From Callorhinchus milii (Eukaryota): a stretch of DNA of 64,000 nucleotides. The notes beneath the pieces are model-generated. The model had not been told where the DNA came from, searched no databases, and saw only the letters and a program-made list of their open reading frames with translations. Shown piece by piece: positions 13,771 to 28,237 of the stretch (position 1 is its first letter; the number at the start of each line of letters is the position of its first letter). Both the position numbers and the translations under genes were made by a program. The stretch lies in contig NW_024704743.1 in NCBI RefSeq assembly GCF_018977255.1, forward strand, positions 32,986,001 through 33,050,000, in the 5' to 3' direction.

Positions 13771-15920
13771 AAAAAAAATTAAAATAAGTCAAAATGTACA
13801 AAATTAAATGGGCTCAATGACCCCAGGACCATGGGATTTATATGGGCAGATCTACATTGTTAATATTCACCCTAATTTCATTCTATATCTCATACAAAAA
13901 TACACCAACTCTAGAACGTTAACATTTGTTTCACCCACAAAATGCAGTCATCACTTTACAGCATATTCTGTGAAATGCTTTGAGACGTGATAAGGCGCTA
14001 TATCAAATGCAAGGATTGTTATTATTATCTGAAGTCACAATTAAGGTGCTGGAAGCACATGCGACAATGGGTAAAAATGTTACCAGGAATTAAAATCCTG
14101 AGTACAGAACTTTTTTTTCATAGAAATCCCAACTATAGAACCCAGGGATGGTGTCATTGTATTTAGTTCCTTTCAAGTCTATCTGAAATTTATATTAAAA
14201 AAGACACAAATCAATATGGTGAGCAATTCAACAGGCATCACATATTGGGTCTGCTTTAAAATATTTTTAATATAAAATGATACCAACTAGCATTTTTGCA
14301 GACAGTCAATCAGAGGTTAAAATCTGGCCTGCTGGAAGAATGGCTGGCTTTTTCCGAGATCAAAAGAATCATAAGCATTACATTTTAATTAACAATGCTG
14401 TGTGCAACCCCTCCTTGTCAAGCAAAGTAGCCCAGTGGAGTGTCTTGCGGTCTAGAGTCCAATGTTCGCAGATTATTATATTTGATCATGCTTCTGTTCA
14501 ATGCAGTATGTACTTAACATTTAACCATCATTATCACCTAATCAGATGAATTGGAGATAGCATCTGACAAGCTAATTTTAAAGACAAGGCCTGAAGATCA
14601 AAGGCTTTTACAGTTTAAAAGCAGAGCATCTATAGTGATTCTTTAGTTCTGTAGAACGTATTTAGCATTTAGATTACAAGGGATTCAGGAACAAATATTC
14701 TGTTTCCATATTGAACGTTACATGACACATTTTTCTTATGTGAAGGAAATGGCTGAAAAGTCCTCAAAGTTAACAAGCGGCAACTTACTGTGCTCTCTAC
14801 AATTCACATCCAGAGCTTTATTTCCATGTCAGAGAGCATGGGTTATCACCTACGGTCTGTAAAACAATTTTTTTACCTTGCTTTTCCCCGCAAATAACAG
14901 TGAAGGAGGCCAAGAGGTGACAAGCATTAGCTCTGATAGAGGCTGCCGTGTGCAAGAATATCTTGTCGCCAGCACGGTAACTAAGAGATGACATCGGTTC
15001 AGCTCACTCAGATTCAGGGCGTTTTCACCATCAAGTTGATCTCCTGTCTCTGATAGCAATAGGAGATATGCCTCTGAGGCATGTCTTGTGAGATTCAGGA
15101 CAAAGACGTATTTTGTAATAATAAATTAATAATAAACCTTACATTTGGCACAGCTCCTGTAATGCTGAAAGGTCTCAAAGCGCTTCACAGGGAATTGCTG
15201 TGAAGTGTAGTGAATGCATACTTGTAGGCGAACACAGTGAATTGCTCTCAGCAATTTGTTAATCTGGCGAATTCCCTTAATTAGTTTTCATCTGCAAATC
15301 TGCGCTTTACTGTCAATATTTTCCACTTTATAGATTGGTGACACAACAGGAGTCAACGCTTAAGGTGTTACCCTGATTCAGTTGGTAACACTTTTGCTTC
15401 TGAGTGCTTCTTATATTGTGTTGTAGGAAGTGCCACCCTTCGCATGAGCTGTTACAGCGAGGTCCCGTCTGTTTGTTCAGATGGTCGTTGAACATCTCAG
15501 GGCATGATTCAAAAAGAGAAGGGAGTTTCTCTTGGTGTCCTGGGCAATATTCCCCAGATAAAAGTTGGTCATTCACTTCATGGCTGTTTCCATGGATATT
15601 AATGTCCATAAATTGGCTCCTGCATCATCCTACAAATAGTCAAAACTTTACAGAACAATTCTGTAAAGCACTTTGAGATGATTCAACACGATCGAGTGTT
15701 ATATAAAATTTAAGAATTACAATACAGCTATTCATAAGACCCTACTGTAATATTCGCATAACAAAAAAAATTATTTTTTGGTCAGTTTGGTGTCTAACAC
15801 CTATGGAAACCCATTACAATGTTTAAGAGTATCCAAACCACTTAATATACTATTACATTTATTCATTCTATTTATGCAAGGAATTTTCACTTAGTCTGGA
15901 ATGGAATCACATGCTTTCCT

Positions 15921-16335
15921 TTGTCCTTCGGATGAGACGTTAGACCAGGTCTTGTCTGTCTATTCATGTAGATGTTAAACCACCATCCCGCCCCCCCACA
16001 TCCTGGCACAATTTGAAAAGGAGAAGAAAGTTTCTCCTGAAGTCCTGGCCAACAATCCAAATCAAATACAATTATCATTCATTTCATGGCTGTATGTGGG
16101 ATATTTCTGCGTGCAGATTAGCTGCCACATTCACCCACAAAACACAGACACAAACCTTTACAGTATATACTGTGAAGCGCTTCGAGGTGCCTTCCTGATG
16201 TTAGAGGAGTTATATCAAATGCAATGGTTATTTATTTATCTTTAAAATAATACATTATATTTAGCATTTGAACGCAAGAAACTGAATTGAATATTTTAAA
16301 GGATACTTCGACAATTCTAGATAATGTGAGCCATG
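15921..16335 (+). repeat. Copy 1 of a local duplication of about 410 bp (old SINE plus 3' flank)
   Basis: Aligns by eye with 20286-20720, including about 100 bp beyond the SINE tail. Confidence 0.85.
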
Positions 16336-17448
16336 CTGAAGGATGCATCCTGTTTATCTAATTCTGGAGAGTATTAGGTTGGTAAGAGTCAAAGCTTGGG
16401 GACATCGCAGTGTGCATTGGGGTTTAATCAGTTAAGAACACATAGCTTGCCATTAAGAGCACTATCTGGCAAGCTCTCACGCTGCATGTACAGCTAGAAG
16501 CACCCAACCCGTTAAGGTTTTGTCTTGCAGGGTTAACAGGAGCCAAAAGGTCAGTGTAGGCTGATTACATGCTCCCCCCTCCCCCCACCCCTCCCCCATT
16601 GCAACCACTCTCCCTTTTTAACCACAAATCAATCTCTCAGTTTTTTTCCAGGACTTTGCAAATAGGTTGAAGGAAATCCCTCCATGGTATGCCTAGGGGT
16701 TGAGATGTAACAAAAGAAGCAGTTTGCATATTGCATGGCCAGAATCCCCAATCAGAAACCACAATCTAGCAGATTGAAACCAAAGCAAACGATTCCAAAT
16801 TTTTACAATGATTCCCATAACATCACTGGATTCCCATAACATAATCGGAATTAACCTTAAGGAAGCCCAATTTTTCCAACACAAATATTTTGACACTGGT
16901 TACACTTTAAAGTACTATATTGTAGTGTTAACTATAATAGTTTACTCATACAGCAACTCAATGCCCTGTAAACATTGACAGTGCTGTATTTTACTATAAA
17001 TACTGAAGATTAATTGATTTAGACGTTGGTATATTATCAACTAGACTGCAGTGTATTGCATGCTTATAAAATACAGCATGCATCTTGCACCCTGAACACG
17101 ACACCTTTCTGTACAGCCATCTCATATAGACCACCCAGAGAGCATTCAACAGTTTTGCTGAAAATCCAACGCAGTCATGTGTCCAATAATTACAAGCAGC
17201 ACGGGCCTGATGTAAACCTTTTGATTGGATCACAGCCTGTCCTTTCTTATAGCTCAGCGTGTGTTTCGCGCTCACGCAGGGCTAATTGACATTTTGTGGA
17301 TTGTATTTAAATCAATTCAATCCACAGCGTAAACTGAATACAATAGTAGGACACTGTATCTTAATAGTAAGAATAGTATCCTTAAACTATGTGAGCCTAG
17401 TAATTCTTTGTTCAGGTTTTCAAGTCACACAATCAATTTATCTATTAC

Positions 17449-17580
17449 CTTGAGCTGCTCATCCACGACTCGAGTGACCTCTCCAGCCATGGATTCCAGT
17501 TTTTCCTGAATGGGGTTGGATGATGAGATACTGATTCCAGCCCAAGAAGCTCCTCCCAGGTGATAAAGATTTGGCAGCAA
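17449..17580 (-). CDS. CARMIL1: CARMIL1 exon (HD domain): [44 protein letters not shown]
   Basis: ctgcag acceptor, gtaat donor, 132 nt, phase 0/0. Confidence 0.96.
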
Positions 17581-18910
17581 CTGCAGACAACACACCATTT
17601 CATTCATATTAGGAGTCATTCAAAATGATTGATTCACCAGTTCCTTTTCATGGCAAACAAGAAACAGTCAGAGATAGATTTACACAGTTTAAATGTACAC
17701 AATAGTTAACATATTTAACAATACCAATATTGTTTCCAATCATAATTTGATCTTTCGCAGTGACATCAAAAATATTTTACATCATCCAGCTCCCCCTGAT
17801 GCATTGTAACATGGACCATTGTAAAGATCTTAAAGTGAATGATTATTTTGAATATCCAAAAATTATTACTACTCTGCAAGTGTTTTTCTGGCCAATTGGG
17901 TGGCTGCACATCAGGTGTTTTTACACTGATTGGCTTTAACAATATCATAGGTAAGAAATCCCCCAAATATATTTTAAAAAGTGAAATTGAATACCTTAGT
18001 AAGATCATTTTTGGACTTGATTTATATACAGTATATTCCTATCTGTTTGGAATAGTTTCTACTTCACTGAATTTGAAATGGTTATTTACTGCTCTGTTAA
18101 GGCTAACTTACAGATGCTTCTGGAGGGCTTTTAGATTTAGGAAATCTAAATTAGGCATCAGGCTGGCTCAGTTGGTAGTACTCTCGCCTGAGTTAGAGGG
18201 TTATGGGTTCAAGCCGCATGAAGGGATGTTATGCTCGATAGTCTAAACTGGCTAATATTTCCTCAGATATAACAGTGACTTGCAAATATACAACACCCTT
18301 CACGTAGAATAACATCTCAGAGCGCTTAAAGATGAAATTTAAAAAAAACTGGCTATTCATTTCCTGGAAGTTTTGGGGCCATTGCTGGTTTCAATTACCT
18401 GCCAGGTTTCGTGAACAAATACAGAAGGTATCCATGTATTTATCAGATGCATTTGTACATATCACCTTCATCCTCCAGGCCTTTAGAAGTTGCTTTTAAC
18501 CCTTAAAGGCCATAGAGAATGCAGGATCCAATTGAACACCTGTGATCAATCAATCCTAATGAGATTTTGCGCAAATTGATTTTTTTTCAAATGTTTTTAC
18601 TGGAAACTATAAAAAGTATAAAAAGAGACATTCAAATATACACTCACTTGACAAGAACAGGCATGATTAATGCATAACCTTTAGTGCATCTCCCTCAGAC
18701 TTCTAAACCAAGGCCAGGGGCAAATGATACCAAAAATAGTTTTAAAAAATTCTTATAGAAAGTGGACATGCAGCATGGGGATTATATCAAATACACCTGC
18801 AAATGGACAAAAGACAGACATTTCCCCTAAGAATGTTACAGCACAGTGCAAACTTCCAGTGCAAAATAACCTCTTATATTATTTAGTTCTTAAGTGAATG
18901 CAGCTCTCAC

Positions 18911-19039
18911 CGTCTTTGAGTTTTTGGCATCTCTCATAAAATTTTCAGCTAACCGCACATCGTCCTGCACAGTATCCACTTCAGAATTTCTCAATGAGTT
19001 CAGGTGATCCTGAACTTTCACACACATCCTGTCAATCAT
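18911..19039 (-). CDS. CARMIL1: CARMIL1 exon (HD domain): [43 protein letters not shown]
   Basis: ctcacag acceptor, gtgag donor, 129 nt, phase 0/0. Confidence 0.95.
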
Positions 19040-20285
19040 CTGTGAGGGGATATTAATGAGGGAACACAAAGTATGAACAAAATATTTTATCTAATTGGAT
19101 GTGTCAAACGCTGTGAATGCATTTTTTAAAAAAGACGTCAGCAATTAGAACTTTCACATTTAACATTTAGAAAGTTAATTAATTTGAACATTAACGAAGC
19201 AATAATAAATGTAAGCAAAGGATATTCTGGAAAGTATAGGGATAAAATGTATGGTAGTTTCGAAGAGTTCCTTATGTTAAAGGTGAAATGTTCGATAACT
19301 GCCAGCAGGTGGAGCACCTCTCTCCAGGTAACTGGAATTAAACTCTTCCAGTTCACTTGACCTAATTTATTTTTAATGCAACAATTCTCTTAAATGCAAT
19401 TGTTTAAATCCCTGGGCAATAAGTCAAGCTGTGGCTAGCAGTAAAAATGAACTAAGGTGAGATTTATCTACAAGGATCATTAAAGTTAATTAGTTTTGAT
19501 CCAGAAAATAAAAACCCAGGTATCTTTAATTTTTTCAGCACCTCAAAAATGACAGAACATGTGGCGGGCAAAGAAAAACTGACAACGCACCACCCCCCTG
19601 ATAAATTCAACAAAAATCAAGATTTATTTTGGACTAAAAAAAGCTAATTCAAGCTAGACTCTTAACATTAACTTTTTAGTAGTGGCTTCACAGAGTGAGG
19701 CAAACAGAATTGGCAAATTTGGATTTTATAAATTAAATTTGAGCGAAAAATATATATTTTTTACACTGCTTGGCTTTCATGCACCAACCCCTTCCCCCTA
19801 CCTGGACACTTATCAGTGAAAAAGACAATTTTAAAGATCCTGATTGCTAAAGGGTGGGAAAAAGTACACACCAATAAGAAGTGTTTTTTCCCTTTGACGA
19901 CATTCATTTGGAGAGATTAAGATTGAGCACTGTTTAACAAACTAGTAAATAAAGAGTTTATCATCATTACACGTTTAAACAATTATTGAAAATGGATTTC
20001 TCAAACAAATACATGATCAGTTTTTGGCATCTAAATTGTGTTATGAAACTAGAAAACATCTATACTGAACTCGTATTCAATGAAGAACTGTTGTGTAACA
20101 TTTAGTAGATTAGTGTTTCAGGAGGGCAAATTACAATAAAAAGAGCAGCAAAGCTGTGCTGCGGAAAACAGACATGTTTTTGGGGATTCTGATAAACTAT
20201 AATATATAGTTAGGTGTCAGCCTCTGACTTTAAACTCATTTAGTCTAACCCAGCACTCCAATGTAATGGTACATTGTTGGAGTTG

Positions 20286-20720
20286 TGTCCTTCAGATGAG
20301 ATGTTACACCAGGTCTTGTCCGTCTATTCATGTAGATGTTAACCCCCTCCCCACCACCGCCCCCGCGTAATTTGAAAATGAGAGGATAGTTTCTCCTGGA
20401 GTCCTGGACAACAATCCGAATCAAATGCAATTGATCATTCATTTCAAGGCTGTATGTGGGACATTGCTGTGTGCAAATTGGCTGCCACATTCACCCACAA
20501 AACACAGTCACAAAACTTTACAGTATATATATACATACACACACACATACTGTGAAGCGCTTTAAGATGTCCTCCTGATGTCAGAGGAGTTATATCAAAT
20601 GCAATAGTTATTTATTTATATATATATAAAACATACATTATATTTAGCATTTGAAAGCAAGAAACAAAATTGAGTATTTTAAAGGGTAAAGTTATTTTGA
20701 CAATTCTAGATAATGTGAGT
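20286..20720 (+). repeat. Copy 2 of a local duplication of about 410 bp
   Basis: Aligns with 15921-16335. Confidence 0.85.
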
Positions 20721-20762
20721 GATGATGATTCTGATGGTTTGATTATTGACAAAGTAGTTTTA

Positions 20763-20918
<156 letters not shown>

Positions 20919-21552
20919 TTAAACAGGAACGATAAAGACAAAGCCTTCAACAAAGGCGTCAGTCACCACACTTCCGCATCCAAAAGGGTGTAGAACAAAA
21001 TAATTGGTGACTGTTCTGGAAAAAGGGTATTTTCCTTTGTGTAATCATCAGTGCAACAGGTATTACCAGTAACTCACTGCTGAAGTGCCGATCTATCTGG
21101 GCACCTCTTGCGTAAAATCAGTTACAAAAACTGGAAGTCATGAGATAGCTAGTCATGCAAAGGTGCAACTCTATATTCTTAGCTTCTGAAGAAAGGGAAC
21201 AAAAAACAGCAAGTTCCCCTCTGCCACCATCCCAGGGATTGATCTTAACCTTGCACACAGAAACATAGAGATACCATCTTTGCAGCCCACATCCAATTCA
21301 CTTGCAGCATAGACTCAGAATACTGATCTTATTTTCTGATTAGTAATACTTTATTGCCTAATGATGATGACTGTTATTAATATTTTATTATTCACCACAA
21401 TTTTCAATTACTCTGGGCCTTAAATAAAATAGAGACTTTGGAAGCTGTGACTTATAAATATGCTATCCTTAAACTGCATGCAACAAGCAAACTATTCAAA
21501 ACAAGTGACATTGAGCACAAATATGATCAAAGGGGAGAGGAGGTCAACATAC

Positions 21553-21646
21553 CTTTTGCAATGCTTCCTCAGTTTTTTCTGGATTAGCCTTCAGAGCTTG
21601 GGAGGCATCATTGACAGGGATGGGCATAAACCTTAAAGTAAAGTTC
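21553..21646 (-). CDS. CARMIL1: CARMIL1 exon (C-cap region): [31 protein letters not shown]
   Basis: tcacag acceptor, gtatg donor, 94 nt, phase 2/0. Confidence 0.95.
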
Positions 21647-21949
21647 CTGTGAACAAGAACCAGGAAGAGTTAATTTCTCCAATACACTTGTTTAAAGATG
21701 CGCTAAACCCTTGATACTCTAGTTAGGAATGCCTAGAAGAAAGACACCTTCAATACAAACAAAAAATAATAGGCAAGGCACTGCTTGGAGGAGAGCTTGT
21801 ACACAACACATGAAATAATGGGAAATTCTCCCTTTGGATAGATGGTCACTTGGACATTTAGAGGAACTGAATGTGAAAGGAGCCTGGATTATCTCAAGTA
21901 AGTCTCAGTTACAAACATTGTTCAGAATAATAATATAAATAACAATATA

Positions 21950-22240
21950 ATAATAATCCTTGCATTTGATATAGCGCTTTTCACGTCTTCTCAACATCTC
22001 AAAGCGCTTCACAGAATATGCTGTAAAGTGAATTGACTGTATATTTGTGGGCGAACGCAGCAGTGTCCCACAAACAATCGTGGATTGAAAATGACTAATT
22101 TATTATTGTTTTGTTTTTTGGAGGGATTATTATTAGGTGTGTGGAGTAAGGAAACTTGCCCAAGGTTTCACCTTGCCTGGATTGAACCCAGGTGTCTCGC
22201 TTGCAAGGCGAGTGCTCTAACCACTGAGCTACGGGACTCC
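21950..22240 (-). mobile_element. Full-length SINE (short form)
   Basis: A/B boxes, body and tail as in the other copies. Confidence 0.9.
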
Positions 22241-22347
22241 ACAATAATCCATTGCAAGGTGGACAAGTTCACTTTGTGCAGTCGAAGATGGTTAGATTTG
22301 GAATGAAACTATCAGGCAGCAGGTACATAGGAGATGTCTTAAGATTA

Positions 22348-22493
22348 CAGTAAAACTCGCATAAATCGTAGAGTCACTTGACTCAAATCCGTTGAAGAGT
22401 TTATATTCTGTGCAAGTTTGATATAAGTCATACTTCGCATAAGTTACATTAAATGTATGGTCCCAACTGATACGACTCATGTGAGGTTTACTT
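22348..22493. mobile_element. Tc1/mariner (pogo/Tigger-like) MITE remnant
   Basis: TA then CAGTAAAACTCGCATAAATCGTA on the left; imperfect inverted copy tacgactcatgtgaggtttact on the right. Confidence 0.5.
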
Positions 22494-25031
22494 TCCTGGA
22501 CAAGTTATATGGGAGAGAGGTCTAATAAAAGACCACCAACAATCATACTGGCGTAGTCTCCCACTTGAACTTTGTATGCTATTCAAGCCGTGCCACACTT
22601 GACCTGGAAATGAATGATGTGGATCTTGTGCAAGCTAAAATCAAATTCTATTCCCAACAAGTGTAATTCCTCACCTGAAGCTTAAATATTTAACAAATAT
22701 ATTAAATAAAAATAATTTGACTTTTTCTTAATGCTGCATAATCAAATGCATTCATTATATCTCAACAAGATGTGAGAAATTATAGTTTCAGAAGGAGAGT
22801 TTCAAGAAAATAATGCAAAGTGTGTTTTGTAATCAGTTAAGCAGCCAAACTGAGTCTCCCTTAGGATATGAACCAGAAATACGAGGGAGTCTCACAAAAT
22901 ATCCTCGTCGAGAACCACTGATGGGAAAAGGTTCAGAAATTTGATATAAAGAGTCAAAATGTCTCAAGATGAAACGTATGTGGCTGTGCATTATCACTAT
23001 AGATCTGAGATGATCCCATTTACTATTAACATTTAGTGCTCCAGTGGACCAGGTACAATAGACTTGTGCAACATTTTTCGATTTTTGATCCATTGATAAA
23101 CATTGAATTTTTGACAGACCACAAATTTTGGAAAAATCATCACAGCAATAACAACAACATGCAGTTATATAGCACCCTTCACGTGGAGAGCGCTTAAAAT
23201 TGGGGGAAGGTGCCGAAACACTGATTGTCCAGCACCTTGGGACATCCTCTTGACATGAAAGGTGTTATACAAATGTAATTTCGTTGTTGTTGAAAAAGTG
23301 TATAGGCTAACCTCTAGCTCTCTGAAACCCGAATTGATGCAAACAAATATTTGTTCTTTAGTTTTGCTTTTCAGTGTTTTTTTTCCATTTCTCACTAAGT
23401 GCATAAAAGTGTATTACGAACTGATGGCCTAAAGCTTTTATGCACTGTATATGCTGTGACGTGCTGAGACTTGGCATTAATCCAGTGTTGCTGGGTTTTT
23501 ATGATCTCATAAAAAGCCAAGTGATGTTTTGAGCAAATGGTAAATTGTGCATTTCATACAACACATCTTAATGACACATCAGCTGTTAATTACCAAAAGC
23601 TTCCTATTATTTGCTCCAGAAAACAAAATCTATGAGCACCGGTAAGAGCACAAGAAAGCACGGCCCAAGATTAGGTCATTCAGCCCTTCAGACCCATTGC
23701 TTTCGCAAATCGCATAAAAGCTCTCTGCTACCCCTCACCATGTCAACGGAGCAACCCACAACAATGTACTTGCAATAACAACAACTTCTATTTATATGTC
23801 TCAACATCATGAGATACTTTAATGATGACGTCAATACATCCAGGCAGACTGGGGCTGTCACTCAGCCACTTGCTCTGACTTTTCATCATTAAGTCAAATG
23901 TCCTGCTTGTGAAAGTCCCGAGAGATTAGACTGAGAGGAAGGAAATAACATTTTATAACCCCAATGATCTCTGGAGGCTGACTTGCCTCAGGAGATAAGC
24001 TATTATTAATGCCAACACCGTGTTAGTCACTGGCCCTTGGCTCGAGGCAACTCTTGTGAAAACAGATTCCCCTAAATGAGCAGGAGAGAGATAAGAATCC
24101 AAAATCTCACGATTTGCATTCATACCTGTAACCACACAAACCAGGAACTTCCTTCTAAAATCCAAGCTGGGGATTTCCAATGGGGCGAGTAAATCTCCGG
24201 TTAGCTTGTGAAAATTCATCTTCTGCCTCTTTGAAAGTCTACTACAAACAAGAGTTTGCATTTATAAAGCACCCTTCACGCAGGATAGCGTCTTGTATCT
24301 TCTGTAACACATTGTCTATTTCTAAACCTTTTAGCAGTGATAGTGGAAGAAAATGTTTATTGTGCTAATGAATGTGGTCTTCACTGTACATGAATTGATC
24401 ATGGCTCCTCACTTAAAGGCATCCTTTTGTGCTTGTTCGACATACGTGAGGGAGAAGGGAATAGAGGGGATAGGTAGGGGTGAAAGCTCACGTGGAGTAT
24501 GAACATCGGAACAGACTAGTTGGGCTGAATGGCCTGTTTCATTCTCCCTAATTTGATGCGATGTTATTTTTATGAAATTCTTAATAGACAATCTCAAAAC
24601 AAAGTTGCCGCAGGCCACCTTCTGAAATGTTATGCGCTGGGTACATGTGGAACAGAACAGGAAATTATTTGAAAAAGAAGATGCAGTTAATCCTGGTTTA
24701 TGAAAACAGGAAACATTTTCACTTCTTTCTTGAACATCAATGGTGGGGCAGGTTATTCTGCCATTGTACCCCCATTCTCTGAAACTCCCTCCTGGAGTCC
24801 CTCCGACTCACCCTCTCCCTCCCCACTTTCACAGTCAACCTGAAGATTTACCTTTCTGACTGTGCTTTTGATCATCCTTCCCTCCCCTCCCTCTTCAGCT
24901 CCCACCTCTTGGCTCGGGTGCTCAGTCAGCAGTGTAAAGTACTCTGTGACATCTTCCCAAAGAGAAAAGTGCTATATCATTGTAAGCTGTATTCTACTGG
25001 TTAAGATTGATAAATGTACCGTTCCAGATGT

Positions 25032-25340
25032 AATAATAATAATCCTTGCATTTGATATAGTGCTTTTCATGTCTTCTAGATGTCTCAAAGTGCTTCACAG
25101 AATATACTGTAAAGTGAATTGACTGTATATTTTGTGGATGAACACGGCAGCCAATTGCGCACAGCAGTGTCCCACAAACAGTCGTGGATTGAGTGACCAA
25201 ATTATTATTGTTTTGTTTCTTGAGGGATTATTATCAGGCGTGTGGAGTAAGGAAACTTGCCCAAGGTTTTGCCCTCTCGGGAATCGAACCCAGGTCTCGC
25301 TTGTGAGGCGAGTCCTCTAACCACTGAGCTACAGAACTCC
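25032..25340 (-). mobile_element. Full-length SINE (short form)
   Basis: A/B boxes, body and tail as in the other copies. Confidence 0.9.
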
Positions 25341-26611
25341 TAATGTAACTAAGGTTACATGCTTAACTTGTGTGCAGTGAAGACCTTCTTTAATGGTACA
25401 ATAAATCTTTTGCCCACAAATAGACAGCCAATTCACTTTACAGTATATTCTGTGAAGCACTTTGAGATATCTTGAAGAAATGATAAGGCGCTATATCAAA
25501 TGCAAGTATGATTAGTTTCTACAAGCTACCCCCCACATATCTAAAAAAACAGGTGTATTAAACTGAAAATCCACATTGAGTTTCTGTAGACTTGCAGAGC
25601 CAGAAATTTAATCTGCACAAAATGAGGAAGACTTACCAACCACCCATCTATCCCAACGTAAATTTCCAGCAAGGATTTCAGAAGAAAATACAGGTTTGAG
25701 CAGCTACAACTGTGAATACAAACCCTGAGGGTTATGAATAATAAATAATCCTTGCATTTGATATAGAGCTTTGCACGTCTGCAGAACATCTCAAAGCACT
25801 TCACAAGATTCACTGTAAAAAGCAGCGACTTTTGTAAGTGAATGCAGCTGCTAATTTGTGCACAGTAATATCCCACAGCAATGAAATGAATGACTAATTT
25901 TATCTGGAGGATTGTTCACCAGGATATGGGAGAAGCTTCCCTTTTTTAGAGTTCCATGGAATTTAAACCTGCTTTAACAGGAAGACTGGACCTTGGTTCA
26001 ACATCTCATCTTAGGGACATCATCTTTAATAAGGCAGAACTCACAACAACGACAACAAGATTCCATTTATAGAGCGCCTTTCACGTCGGGAGGACATCCC
26101 AAGGCGCTGGACATCCCAAGACTCTCCCACATTTCTGGTTCATATCCTAAGTTTTCCCCATTGGGGGTCTTGTGATCTGTGGCTAGATTCAGCATAGCTC
26201 TGATGCTCTCCATAGTCAAACAGCCTGCTGACATTCTGTATCTATAGATTATATCCAAACAGTGAGGTAGCCGAGGACACATGGAATCATTCCTCACCAT
26301 GAGTCATTACTTTCAGGAGCAAATGTGATACACCTCGACAAAAGTCTTCAATGTGTCTTCAATTAAAAGGCCACCTACCAAGAGGAAACTACACAATACT
26401 ACACTCCCATCCAAGAAAGGAGGTGTATCATAATTTTAATTGTGGGAGTGTACAAGTTACCTCAATTACCAAAAACGCCCTGTTATGTAAACTAAAGGCT
26501 ATGGTTGTTAAATAGTGAAGGCATTCACTTAACATAGGGTTCATTTTTAATCTGTTTCAGATTTGTTAAGATTTCAAACTAAATCTGTTTCAAGTTAAAA
26601 AGATTTACAAA

Positions 26612-26816
26612 GAATAATAATAATCCTTGCATTTGATAAAGCGCCTTATTACGTCTTCAAGACATCTCAAAACGTTTCACAGAATATACTGTAAAGTGCT
26701 AGGTAAACAGGTGTGTAGACTAAGGAAACTTGACCAATGTTTCACCCTGCCTGGGAATCGAACCCAGGTCTTCTCGTTGCGAGGCGAGTGTTCTAATTAC
26801 TAAGCTGCAGGACTCC
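26612..26816 (-). mobile_element. Internally deleted SINE
   Basis: Head and tail present, central body missing. Confidence 0.8.
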
Positions 26817-27691
26817 ACATTTTGCTCAAACTTTGCTCTTTAAAAACCTGTAGAGCCTCTCAAAGGATCCTCCTAAAACTTTAAGGGATCATTCTAAATA
26901 CAACTGAAGAGCTCGTCTTGAGGCCAGCTCTAACACCGAAAACCTGATCAGCCTTTGGCACGAATGCTACATATGGTCTTGGGTCTCCTCAGTCCCTGGC
27001 CAATACAATTCTGTAGTGAGAAATATAAAACCAGGCTTCCCACACTTCCTATACAGACACAATCACTTTCCTGTTGGAAATGGCCAAACTGCGGTCACAC
27101 TGTAAATTGGGCATAACATTACAAAAAAATTTAATTATAACATACCCAACCAGCTAAGCTTGACCACCCATACACACCCTAAACTCTACAATTCACACAT
27201 AGTGAACTCCCATTGCAGACCTATTTGCTCGAGGAGGCCGGGGAAATTCCAGTTGATATTGTTTCATACAGTTGTTACATTAATTTGTTCAACGATCCCT
27301 GTGCCACTTTATTGGCACAATAAAATCTCAAGGGGTGAATATTTCTTTCAACCTTTGCCTCCGTTGTGCTCCATTAAGGCTCATGGAACAATGTTTCCTT
27401 TCACAGGATGCTACCATCTTGGCATGCTGCTCTGCAAGTCCTGAAATTGCCACTGCAGCAATTGAAGTGGAAATTTACTGCCTTATTTACTATTACTACT
27501 GTTCTTCCAGTAATGCTTGTAAGCATACTGCATCCTTGCAGCCATCTGCCAAGTTTTCAACCCTTTGCAGGGCAGCTACCAGTATTATAGATGTTAAAAC
27601 AGAATAAAGGAGGTGGGTGAGTACCGCCAGAAGCTGGGGACATTGATGAACTGGAACATCATACAGAATAGTGGAAAACAATGAGGACAAG

Positions 27692-27714
27692 CAGAGAGAG
27701 AGAGAGAGAGAGAG
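27692..27714. repeat. (AG)n microsatellite
   Basis: Directly visible. Confidence 0.9.
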
Positions 27715-28011
27715 ACACGCAAGAGATGGTGAGAAGATTGAAAAAAACAGATTTAGCAAACTGTGGAACAGATGGTAGGGGCAGTTATTGAAATATAAAT
27801 CAGAAAAGAAAATAGACAGAGCCCCCTCCAGGCAATCAGAGACATTCAGTATGCAAAACCACGAGGTGGTACACAGCCAAGGAGAAGAGGGACAAAAAAA
27901 AGTCATTAGACAGTAAATTAGCAACAAACAGAATATAAAGGCAACATTTTAATTGCTGTTAGAGTCTCTAAATCTTTATGCCAGCAATTCACTGACAATT
28001 TCTGGGCTCAC

Positions 28012-28031
28012 GGTGGGGTAATGCATGCCAT
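28012..28031 (-). CDS. CARMIL1: Coding part of candidate alternative first exon, MACITP(P)
   Basis: aagcATGG Kozak context; ATG GCA TGC ATT ACC CCA CC|gtgagc. The phase-2 donor fits the phase-2 acceptor at 21646. Confidence 0.45.
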
Positions 28032-28237
28032 GCTTGTACTCGCCCAGAATTTACACACAGCAAGAGTTCACACGTTCGAAACAACTGGTTGTTGTAGTGA
28101 ACGGGCGCTCTGTGCTTCACCGCCCCATCCCCAATGATCTTGGTTGCACAGAGACAGAGAAAAAAAAATCAGAGAGAAGCAGCGGTGAGGCAGAGAAAGA
28201 GAGAGATGAAGGCAGAGAGAAGGACAGAAAATCAGTT

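Noticed and set aside
14780..14830. Strong-looking minus-strand donor (CA|GTAAGT) with an upstream ATG
   Set aside because: The ATG frame hits TGA before the donor, and I could not identify a supporting acceptor or promoter.
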